Shown here one piece after another: positions 20,201 through 31,200 of a stretch of DNA of 64,000 nt. The DNA lies in NCBI GenBank assembly GCA_020137815.1, contig CM035352.1, forward strand, positions 8,680,001 through 8,744,000. The letters run 5' to 3'. Origin of the DNA: Hormiphora californensis (lineage: Eukaryota > Animalia > Ctenophora). The translations under genes were made by a program, and so were the position numbers. The first letter of the stretch is position 1. Each line of letters starts with the position of its first letter. Below the pieces are notes generated by a model that ran no database searches, was not told where the DNA came from, and worked only from the letters and a program-made list of their open reading frames with translations.

Positions 20201-23200
20201 CATGTCTGAACAACAACCTGGTGAAATCCCTGAACCAAAACCACAACATCACAGCTCGGCGGGTCTACATCTCTCAGCGTGTGAATGAGACGTTTAATGT
20301 TGGTGGGGGTGTCTCTGTACCCTGGAGTTCCATGCATGGTTGGGATACCGAGGCTCTCTTTGGATATGGATACTACACACCCCTCTACAACCTCACCACA
20401 ACCAACCAAGACCACAACCAGAGATTCCTCCGTAACCTCAGGGATTTCGTGGGTAGTGTAGTGTGGGACAAGGTATCCAATGAGACATGGCCGAGGGGGG
20501 AGACTCTACACTTTACAAATGAGGACTTCCCTGGGTCTCTTAGGCTGGAGGATGATCCACCACAGGAGGACCAATGTGAAATGTGGGAAGAGTTGGATAT
20601 GCTTAAGTTTGGATGGCAGAACTAACAAGTGTGTACAAGACTGAATATGACCTTATATGGTCATCACGTGGTTTTTGTGTTTTGATGTCTTTCACACGTT
20701 GATTTTGATCGCAAAATATTTCCCTCTATTGAATTTCGTTCTAAACTTCAGTCACTACGAATCATAAGATACATTCATTCTTCAGTCTTCACTCAATCGA
20801 CATAAGACTTTAGGATTAAATTCCCTGGCCTAGTCGACATAAGTAGTCAGTAGTCTACAATTTACCTGCAGCTAACTAAATCCTCCACCTCATTTCAGAT
20901 TTTGGTATCTATCTAATATGGATGGCCCTATTAACCCTCATCTCAGTCTGCTCATTCTTCTCCCACCTGGCGAGTGTGGCCCTGATATCTCGACACGGTG
21001 CCAGAACTGGAAACCCGCCCCTACCTGGCATCCTAACAGTGGATCTAACCCATGCCCTCTCTGCGGTGTTTGGTATTGGGGTGCTGTGGTTGGGTAGTAA
21101 CCAGTGTTTTACACTACTCTGCACTGCCGCTCTTGTCTCCCTTCCTCCGGCTATCCTCTGGGTAAGGAGAGCCTGTGTGTGATTTTGTTTGACAGGTTCA
21201 AGTTTATGGAAGTTGGAATTAGAAACTGATTGATTAGATCTTTGAGCGCGAACCTTGGTCACTTACCTCGCTCCAATTTTCAGATCGGTTGTTCAAACGA
21301 TGAACTGATACCATGTACTGATCCGGACTGTACGTCAATTGAAAAAGCGGTGGCAGCATGTGACACAACTAACGTCAAGGAATATTTCATTGATGAACGG
21401 TAGGTGAATATCTTAGTGCTTATATGTATAGTGAAACGTGAAGTAAAGAGAGAGTAGTTTGATTTGTTTACTCTGAGATATTGGTTTATATCTTGATCGA
21501 CCTAATAAAATGTGAAGGTGGGCTTTTTGATTACTAAACTTGAGTCGCATGACACTGTGTCCGTACTTTTAAAATAAAAAATGAAGTTCGAACAATTTAA
21601 CTCTAACCACAGTTATCTCTGTAACTTTACTTGTTCTATATGTTATATCATGATTCCTTCACATTGACTTCATCATGTACGCGGAGAGATTACATCATGC
21701 CTGGGAACCACAGGATGGCTACGATGATATTGGATACCTCGAGGAGTACCTACGTCAAGCGGAATCGATCTGAGGGTCACGGGTTCGTGTCCCGTATCAG
21801 GCTCCACTTGTTAAGGTGGTTATGTGGTGATGTATGGGTGAGTATAGTTTACTGGTTTTAGGGAATAGGGTACACGAGACAACTACAGGTTACAGCAAGG
21901 TAGAAGTAATCTTGCTATCTCAATCGGGTATCCGTGGGAAAGTCAAGGTGGATAGCTTGGCGGTCCAGGGGAGGTAGGGGTCTTCGTTCCGCTATAGGGA
22001 TGGTGTGGGGTAGTAGCGGATCGGTCCTCTTCCCAGTTCTTCATCTCGGTTATATAGTGCAGTGCCTTGTTTCCTCTGTCATCACGATAGACATAACAAA
22101 GATGGTAGGTAAAACATCTTATCGATTCCGCTTGACGTAGGTACTCCTCGAGGTATCCAATATCATCGTAGCCATCCTGTGGTTCCCAGGCATGATGTAA
22201 TCTCTCCGCGTACATGATGAAGTCAATGTGAAGGAATCATGATATAACATATATCTCTAACTAAAACATGTCACTGCCTCTCAGGTTAACTACTAACTAG
22301 CCCTAACCACAGTTGCTTGTTCAGATTCTCTCTCTCTCTAGCAATCAATTATCATAACCTCATGTGAATGAGACCTTCAATTCACGTACTTTTAAAATAA
22401 AAAATGAAGTTCGAACAATTTAACTCTAACCACAGTTATCTCTGTAACTTTACTTGTTCTATATCTCTAACTAAAACATGTCACTGCCTCTCAGGTTAAC
22501 TACTAACTAGCCCTAACCACAGTTGCTTGTTCAGATTCTCTCTCTCTCTAGCAATCAATTATCATAACCTCATTTTCAGGTTAAAGAACGACCTCTCGAA
22601 AGACTACCCCTACCTGCTAATGGAAAACAGTAACTTTGGAAAGAATCTAATTGATACGGATGCCCAAGTTATTGTCATTGCCAATCTAATTTATGTGGTT
22701 TTAGTTGGTAAGTAATGGAAAATAGTATCGTCTTGAAGACTTCACAAGCTATCAATCAACTTAATCCCTAGATGATCTAATCCCCCTATATTTTGTTCTA
22801 TGATCTAATCCCTTCTCATATCAGTAGTTTACCAGCTATGATCTGACCCCCCTCTCATGATGATCTAACCCCTCCTTCCTCTCCCAGCGGTTTGTCACGG
22901 TCTACACTGTTTCTTTCTGGTGGGACTAGGCCAGAGGTCAGATGAACTAACTATAGAGAGATGTGGGTTGATATACTCTGCTGGTGTTGTGCTGTCTAGT
23001 GCGGTGTGCATCGTGATCCGGCCCATCATCTCAAACGATGCAATATGTTACAAGGTAAGTACTGCTGGAAATTGTGCGCATGACAATGATGCAGACGGCA
23101 GACGGATACAACGGTACCACTGCTTTGTGCTCTTTTTCAATATCGAACCTGTATTACAGGATTCGTCTTCTGATTCAGAAGAGCTCTGTGCCTTATTTGG

Positions 23201-23972
23201 ACCTTATACACGGTCAACCACTAACCTGCCATTCTCTAGGTGTGTTGCATCCTTCTCATCACATGTGGCACCATTGCCTCCCTCTTCTTCCTGAGCGAGA
23301 CTGATAACTATCTGGGGAAATACATCCTGTCCTACTGTACAATCATCTCGGCCTGTCAACTTATGGTATGTATTACGTGTTAGGGTTATATAGTTACTAC
23401 GTTGAGACTCTTGAGAGAATCGAGACCGTGCCAATACCTGTCTGGCGGCGCCGACCCGATCTGAGCACACTGGGAATAAATACGGGGTCTTGTGCCGCTA
23501 GTTTAAGATTCTCAGAAAGCTCAGGAAACCCTTGGAATCTAAATCCCCAATTCCAATTACAGGAGGACTTTATAGAAGTGGCAATTACGAGATACTATGA
23601 CTCCATAAACCTACCAGCGTTCAAAAGTTTCTCCGTCCAAGACTATATTAACTCAAAGGTAGGATATTGTTTCATTGTTGTTATTTCTCAACTAGACCTT
23701 ACTTTTTATTTTTCATAAAGCCCTCCAGCTCCCCCTCTCTGTGTTTCCTGAAGCCCCTCTCAATTAATTAATTAATTAACTAATTAATAATCTCTTCTTA
23801 GGTGGGTTTTCTGCACGGTATTGGGGCTGCTGCTGGGAGTCTCATTTTCGGGCTCCTAGTTAATGACATGGACATTGAAACTGCAATTTTTACTGTCACT
23901 GCAATATTCACCACTCTAGCTGTGGTCACGGCACCCCTCTCCACTCTGTTTATAGCCGCTGAACTGAGATAG
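13376..23972 (+). CDS. Major facilitator superfamily membrane transporter (MFSD6-like), 10 exons
   Basis: Phase-consistent exons starting near 13376, 13647, 13934, 20899, 21284, 22580, 22888, 23240, 23564, 23802; many hydrophobic helices; C-terminal GFLHGIGAAAGSLIFG motif; stop TAG at 23970-23972. Confidence 0.75.
14362..15853. mobile_element. Unclassified non-autonomous element inserted in a (GA)n microsatellite
   Basis: (GA)n on both sides; imperfect terminal inverted repeats GGTCCAC (14366-14372) / GTGGACC (15847-15853); internal minisatellite. Confidence 0.6.
14768..15432. repeat. 23/24-bp GC-rich minisatellite (CTGGAGCGGGGTCAGCTGTCCTTA)
   Basis: Directly visible; mixed unit lengths break any reading frame. 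Confidence 0.95.
17352..17431. mobile_element. Tc1/mariner-pogo type MITE (CAGTCGGACCCCGATTTA family)
   Basis: TIRs with TA TSD; relatives at 27196-27782 and 39251-39422. Confidence 0.85.
17565..18313. mobile_element. Mutator-like non-autonomous element
   Basis: Same TIR family as 3630-3706; 9-bp TSD GAACTAACT on both sides. Confidence 0.8.
18918..18926 (+). promoter_or_regulatory. Candidate TATA box of the nested carboxylesterase
   Basis: TATAAAT about 40 bp upstream of ATG 18964. Confidence 0.4.
18964..20625 (+). CDS. Secreted type-B carboxylesterase/cholinesterase-family alpha/beta hydrolase, intronless
   Basis: Hydrophobic signal peptide, EDCL, PVMVWIHGGS, INYRL, GNYGIGD, FGGDP, nucleophile elbow GESSG; candidate triad Glu (NTAQE) and His (SMHGWD). 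Confidence 0.95.
   Translation: MMFFLPFLLLHLSTSITINTPLGRVTSLDLKTTRGVIHEFYELPYAAIHRRWTHSTLREKHWKGVRDASQYTGIKCIQGYYSANFGSGTEDCLVLTVRTPNTTPSTPLPVMVWIHGGSLRVGWGEEPGYAPDADLTGEVNAVTVTINYRLDVMGFLQTADLARRGHLGNYGIGDALTALRWIQANIASFGGDPGSVTLLGESSGGAVIYGLLGSEKADGMFHKAILLSAPQTLITTPAQACTTRASFTRDAGCDSCNKTERIQCLRQANTTTLAKAFFSYRGYGFYDFPYGYEGLYGESMDFAVLDGTLVTSDPFGVGSRARNGKVELYISNTAQETAYNVFYGTNVVTTWLDATKLLMEKRDNLIQTYKGDLSKFPKTALNKVAEMYYWKNTSETWWPQLSIDTVLTDIRTTCLNNNLVKSLNQNHNITARRVYISQRVNETFNVGGGVSVPWSSMHGWDTEALFGYGYYTPLYNLTTTNQDHNQRFLRNLRDFVGSVVWDKVSNETWPRGETLHFTNEDFPGSLRLEDDPPQEDQCEMWEELDMLKFGWQN
21563..22573. repeat. Local ~190-bp intronic tandem duplication (first copy interrupted by the Ginger-like element)
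   Basis: 21563-21640 plus 22254-22363 matches 22387-22573. Confidence 0.9.
21641..22249. mobile_element. Ginger-like non-autonomous DNA transposon
   Basis: TGT...ACA termini, ~129-bp perfect TIRs, 4-bp TSD TATA confirmed by the empty site in the adjacent duplicate (~22460-22463). Confidence 0.8.
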
Positions 23973-24292
23973 GGACAATTTCTAATTCTTGAAATGTTGA
24001 GGTAGTAGATTGTTTAATTACCCTTCTTTTCTCGTGGAGAATTATCCATTATTTTAGGAATGAAGCGCATCAATTATTGATCGAATTGGTTTGTAATATA
24101 TAGCTGGTTTAATTAGTTCTATTACTTGTTGGGGAGTGTGTAAACATTAATTGCATGAAGTTATGAAATTGGGTTTGTACATTATGATTTGTCTATTGCG
24201 TCCTTCTTGTAAAGTCATCGTGTTGTGTTGTAAAACACAAGGATTTCTGCTATTCCAAATTTTAAATACACACACTGATGCGCCTACAGGTT

Positions 24293-24459
24293 ATTATTAT
24301 TATTATAAAAATTCAACACTACTTTAAATGAATTAATTTGAGACTTTTTGGACGGCCACGGCTCGTTAGCTTATGAGGCTAATGAGTTGGGCCACACAAT
24401 TAAAAGCCAATTAGTTAATTAGGGCACCCCACGCCACCCTACTAGGGCGGGAGCCGGGA
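24293..24459 (-). mobile_element. Short retroposed element with a (TAA)n tail and antisense spliced-leader-like 3' end
   Basis: TSD ACAGGTT (24286-24292 / 24460-24466); tail at the left end; internal hairpins; TTCAACACTACTTTAAATGAATTAATTTGAG at 24312-24342 on +. Confidence 0.7.
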
Positions 24460-25260
24460 ACAGGTTTTCGGGGAGATATGTCGTGATGATGCCCGATCCA
24501 AATTGCACTCACCTGTAGCTTTTACCTGTGAAGGTTTTTTCCCGTGACAAATTCAAAAGGATATTCCCAAAATTACCATAAAGCAGAAATCCTTTTAGTA
24601 CAAGTATTGCAATAATGGAGGTCAAAGCCATCGTTTTGAGCTGGCCGGATAACTGAAATGATGACAATGTAATCATGCCGTTCCATTTTCCAATACTAAT
24701 GGAATTTCTATTGGAAAGGCAGATACTTCGTCCCTATTGTCTGGAGGTTAGAAAATGCTCGAGCAGATCCTTTACATTTCAAACAAACGTGTAGGGCTTA
24801 TCAGGGAAGGGGACTATGACCATGAGAAATTTAGATAACCAAAACGCAGGCTGTGATCTCCCTTGGGCCCGGGACCGTTTCCTTTCAATGGCCCAACCCG
24901 GGGTCGGCATGGCAGACATTTGCAGCTGGGTCTGATTTTATTCCCACGGCGCGCGCTCCGTGGGAATATTGCGCGACATTCCCTACCCCCACTGCACCGC
25001 GCCATCCAGATGTGTGTTCTGTGAAGAGCGATACGGAACCGGACCGGGACATTTTCCAAGTTTTATTTTGGGAAATCAGCACATTCACACTCGGTTAATA
25101 TGGTTGTTACTAAAAAGTATAAAAAGAGGATAAAATTTAATATACGGCGTAAAAAGTCATTTTAGTTGGGACCAGAGCCTGCTGATTCGATCAGTGATTC
25201 CATTCTTCGATTGTTTCCGCTCTATTAACAATGTTCAACAACTCAAAGCGGTATAAAAGT

Positions 25261-28200
25261 TCATTCATTCAATCCGGGTATACCAGTATACCATTGGTCG
25301 GATCTAGAGGCCGGTGAATACCCGAAAACTTCTGAATAACTATAAATCTCTGACATTAGTTGGGGGAACACACTAAGATAGCACAGCTTCATCGATTCTT
25401 CATTGTTTATGTTCGATTGGAGGAGCTCCACTATTTGGTGTTTATAGATCCTGTAGTCGCAATCCCGGGCTTGGGAACGAGGTCCGACACTCATTAGGGA
25501 GTCCAGGTCACACTGCAAAGATAGATGGGCTAAATGTTGGGAAATTCTGGGATAATTATGGTGGCATTGATTCAATAAGAAAAGAACAATAATTATGAAT
25601 TGGAAACTAGGGTACATAATTTGAAATTTAATTATTAAATCGATGCTAATTTCCACAAAGCTAGTATGTAGTTACATACCTGTTTATCAGTTAATATCTT
25701 GTAAAACTTGTACATAATCTCAGATCCCAGTTCACTGACAAGAGAATACTTTACATATTTCCAAAGATCCGCAGCTCTATCAAAAGGGATAAGAGACACC
25801 CCTGAGACACCCCACACCCGGGATAGAATTCCGTTCATTCCGGTCCTGTTATCGGCATAACGGGCCACCATTCCTGTTTTCCGGGCTGGGAAAATGTAGC
25901 AACACAGCGAGTTCTGAAGAGATTTAGTTAATTCAATTGGGAGTTTAGCTAAAAACAGGAAATTCAGCAAGGATTAGATATGGCATATCATAAGTTATCA
26001 TAAGCTATCAAAAGGGTTAAAAGGGTGGAGTAAAATATTGATAGGGTAGGGTTGAATGGAAGATTAGATAGGGTGTCAGCTGTATACCTTGGCGTACATT
26101 TGCAGTTTTTCAATGTTCCCTGTTTGGTACCGTATTAGCGTGTACTGAGCAAGTCCTTCTGTCGTTAGATCTGGGAACAAAATCATCATCAGCTTACTTG
26201 ATACTGAGCAGTTTATTAAAGTATTATATTGTTAAAGTATTTATTGTTGAATACAGTTTTCTAACTAGTAGCAGCCTTGTAATAACAATTTCGCAAATTA
26301 CCATTCACCTCAAGTCATTAACGTACCATGTAAGAGACTTTTGCAAATCCGGGCAGGGTTAGTGACGAACAGAGAAAGGGCATTAAACATAGCGTTGGCA
26401 GTGGTGTCCTCTATCGACAACATTACAATAACCACTGGCCTACCACACAACACAGAGTAAATCAAGTCACGAGAGGGTAAACCTGTAATAATCGGCGTTT
26501 TTAATGTCAATCCAATTCTCATAATATAATGACAGACAGGATAATTATCGGGTAATTAGATATCAGATGGTTCAGAGACAATTCACATATCGTTATCTAG
26601 CTTACGCCAGTCCAGTTGTCCAACATATTAGGATACTAAAATCTACAAAATACCTCCTTTCTCCCTCAAAACCCAAAGATCCTCTTGAATCGTGGTCTCA
26701 GAATAACAGGACACTTTCTGTATCTTCCCATCCGTTCCTAAAAAACAAATTGTGATGTCATGTGACGTCATGTATGGGATGTCATGTGATACATGGTGTC
26801 GAACCCTAATTTACTGGCCCCCGATATAACGGGCAAGTCAATCCCCATGAGCAATGCATCATGAGTCATACACCGATTTACCAGAGTACTAATTGAGCAT
26901 CCTGGTAATTCAGGGTCTGTCTGTTTCTATCTACCTGTATCAACAAGAGGTGAAAGAAAGTCAGGTGCACTTCCATCGATAGAACACTTTAGTACATCCT
27001 CAATGAGATGAAACCCCTCCTGATCCCCTCCATCTCCCTCCCCTACACCCTCCTCAAACGTGGGCCGGGTGAGGGTGAGAAGATGTGCCCCCAGACACAA
27101 ACGGTAACATCTGGAGGTATGTCAATTAAAGAAAACAACAATTTAGTAGTACAGTACTCAGAAACTATGCCAGACGTCATCACGATTTAGTAGTACAGTC
27201 GGACCCCGATTTAGCGGCACCCCGATTTAACGGCAGGATAAATTTCCCCCAAAAAATTGAAAATTTTTTTTGGAAAATTTTTATGAAAATTTTTCAAAGG
27301 TTTTATCAACCACTACACGTCCGAATCGTGTTTCGAATCGATGCATCTTATTGCATGTCTTGCCGGTAATTAGACAGTTCGAAGCGAACAGATATGTGAT
27401 CCCCATGGGGCCCATCGAATCGCAAGTTATCTAAGCGTCAAAATTGCGATTCAATGGGGATCACGTGTCGGTTTGTTTCGAACCGTCTAATTAGCGACAG
27501 GGCGTGCGATAAGATGCACTGATTCGAAACACGATTCGAACGTGGTTGGTAGTAGTGTACCTTAGAAAATTTTTCATAAAGTTTTTCGAATTTTTAAAAT
27601 TATTTTCATTTTCTAATCAGAAATGATTATATGTATAATCAATACAGTGTGTTTTAGTATAGCATTTTGGACAAAAATAGGGTTTTATGGGCCAAATAGG
27701 CTCTACCCCGATTTAACGGACACCCCGATTTAACGGACAAAACCCTTTCCCCCGAGGGTGCCGTTAAATCGGGGTCCGACTGTACTAAAATTCAATCAAG
27801 AATCAGAAACTATCGGGTGAACCCGGTAAATCGGGGCCCGGTAAATCGGGGTCTGACTGTACTAAAATTCAATCAATAATCAGGAACTATCGGGTGAACT
27901 ATCGTCAGGAGTCATCTCACCTGGGAGTTTGGAGGGACCGGGCAAGTAAAGTATATCCATGGTCAGTGGTACTAAGTTGTTCCATGGTGTCAAGTAAGAC
28001 CTCATGCATAGTCGGCAGGAGTTCAGCTATACTTCTCATTGTCCCTGTAGATGGTTTTTAGTATTACACACGCTTGAGATAGGATGACGTCATTATCATA
28101 GCTAATTCTGAGATGGGCCGAAACTAGTCCAAATACCCCGTATGCATTATATAGTCAAACCTTTTGGTGGCTTAGTGAGTTGCTGGGGTTGAAGTGGTCC

Positions 28201-31200
28201 ATGATCATTTGTTAGGACAGTTTCGGACTTTCTGATCTCCCCCAACCACCAGTCAACTTGGTTTCTCTGCGAAATAATTAGGGAGATAAAGGAAAGGGTA
28301 ATAAATGGGTGTTATAGATCACGTGGTATATGCCCATATATGGCGTTACTCAGCTTCTACCTTATGCCCATATATGGCGTTACTCAGTTTCTACCTCATG
28401 GCCATATATGGTGTTACTCAGTTACTACCTCATGCCCATATATGGTGTTACTCGGTTTCTACCTCATGTTCAGCGTCCTCGGGAAGGGTGGCCCGTTTGT
28501 GTCTCATCTCGTCATAAAACAGGAAAATGTTTCGTCTGTGACACTGTGCTGTTACCTGCAGTTATAGGACAGATATCACGTGGTGACCAGATTTGGGTAT
28601 GTAGGGTAGCGACTGTTATATAAAGGGTGGGATCGGTGGGTAGCCGTCCGGGTGTGCACTAACACCGGTACAATATGACAATTCGAATTGGGGTTGGACG
28701 GCCGCCGCTGCATCTCATTTCTGCTAACTAGTGTTACAACTGTACGGAACCCTCCAGCTCCGATACCCTGTTTACAAGCCGTACAGCAGGGATCTCGGCC
28801 AGATTCATCTCGATTAGGCACATATTGCTTCACACTATCAGCAGATTGATCGTAGTCTTATACCATGAATCTCTGATAGAAACAAACGTTGTATTCTAAC
28901 AAGAGTCTAATCAACCTTCTCATGTGCTAGTCAGTAGGCTCCAGTAACATGGTATTTAACACAGTTCTCCCCCAGACAGTGCGATTAAACAACTGTTATA
29001 TAAAGGGTGGGTTGGGGGTAACTGATCCTAAACTGGCCAACACATGGTAATGAGAGCGGTGGGTAGCCGTCCGGGTGTGCACTAACACCGGTACAATATG
29101 ACAATTCGAATTGGGGTTGGACGGCCGCCGCTGCATCTCATTTCTGCTAACTAGTGTTACAACTGTACGGAACCCTCCAGCTCCGATACCCTGTTTACAA
29201 GCCGTACAGCAGGGATCTCGGCCAGATTCATCTCGATTAGGCACATATTGCTTCACACTATCAGCAGATTGATCGTAGTCTTATACCATGAATCTCTGAT
29301 AGAAACAAACGTTGTATTCTAACAAGAGTCTAATCAACCTTCTCATGTGCTAGTCAGTAGGCTCCAGTAACATGGTATTTAACACAGTTCTCCCCCAGAC
29401 AGTGCGATTAAACAACTGTTATATAAAGGGTGGGTTGGGGGTAACTGATCCTAAACTGGCCAACACATGGTAATGAGAGCGGTGGGTAGCCGTCCGGGTG
29501 TGCACTAACACCGGTACAATATGACAATTCGAATTGGGGTTGGACGGCCGCCGCTGCATCTCATTTCTGCTAACTAGTGTTACAACTGTACGGAACCCTC
29601 CAGCTCCGATACCCTGTTTACAAGCCGTACAGCAGGGATCTCGGCCAGATTCATCTCGATTAGGCACATATTGCTTCACACTATCAGCAGATTGATCGTA
29701 GTCTTATACCATGAATCTCTGATAGAAACAAACGTTGTATTCTAACAAGAGTCTAATCAACCTTCTCATGTGCTAGTCAGTAGGCTCCAGTAACATGGTA
29801 TTTAACACAGTTCTCCCCCAGACAGTGCGATTAAACAACTGTTATATAAAGGGTGGGTTGGGGGTAACTGATCCTAAACTGGCCAACACATGGTAATGAG
29901 AGCGGTGGGTAGCCGTCCGGGTGTGCACTAACACCGGTACAATATGACAATTCGAATTGGGGTTGGACGGCCGCCGCTGCATCTCATTTCTGCTAACTAG
30001 TGTTACAACTGTACGGAACCCTCCAGCTCCGATACCCTGTTTACAAGCCGTACAGCAGGGATCTCGGCCAGATTCATCTCGATTAGGCACATATTGCTTC
30101 ACACTATCAGCAGATTGATCGTAGTCTTATACCATGAATCTCTGATAGAAACAAACGTTGTATTCTAACAAGAGTCTAATCAACCTTCTCATGTGCTAGT
30201 CAGTAGGCTCCAGTAACATGGTATTTAACACAGTTCTCCCCCAGACAGTGCGATTAAACAACTGTTATATAAAGGGTGGGTTGGGGGTAACTGATCCTAA
30301 ACTGGCCAACACATGGTAATGAGAGCGGTGGGTAGCCGTCCGGGTGTGCACTAACACCGGTACAATATGACAATTCGAATTGGGGTTGGACGGCCGCCGC
30401 TGCATCTCATTTCTGCTAACTAGTGTTACAACTGTACGGAACCCTCCAGCTCCGATACCCTGTTTACAAGCCGTACAGCAGGGATCTCGGCCAGATTCAT
30501 CTCGATTAGGCACATATTGCTTCACACTATCAGCAGATTGATCGTAGTCTTATACCATGAATCTCTGATAGAAACAAACGTTGTATTCTAACAAGAGTCT
30601 AATCAACCTTCTCATGTGCTAGTCAGTAGGCTCCAGTAACATGGTATTTAACACAGTTCTCCCCCAGACAGTGCGATTAAACAACTGTTATATAAAGGGT
30701 GGGTTGGGGGTAACTGATCCTAAACTGGCCAACACATGGTAATGAGAGCGGTGGGTAGCCGTCCGGGTGTGCACTAACACCGGTACAATATGACAATTCG
30801 AATTGGGGTTGGACGGCCGCCGCTGCATCTCATTTCTGCTAACTAGTGTTACAACTGTACGGAACCCTCCAGCTCCGATACCCTGTTTACAAGCCGTACA
30901 GCAGGGATCTCGGCCAGATTCATCTCGATTAGGCACATATTGCTTCACACTATCAGCAGATTGATCGTAGTCTTATACCATGAATCTCTGATAGAAACAA
31001 ACGTTGTATTCTAACAAGAGTCTAATCAACCTTCTCATGTGCTAGTCAGTAGGCTCCAGTAACATGGTATTTAACACAGTTCTCCCCCAGACAGTGCGAT
31101 TAAACAACTGTTATATAAAGGGTGGGTTGGGGGTTAGCAGAAATGAGATGCAGCGGCGGCCGTCCAACCCCAATTCGAATTGTCATATTGTACCGGTGTT

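Noticed and set aside
24312-24342. SL RNA gene
   Set aside because: The leader-like sequence is followed by AC, not a GT donor
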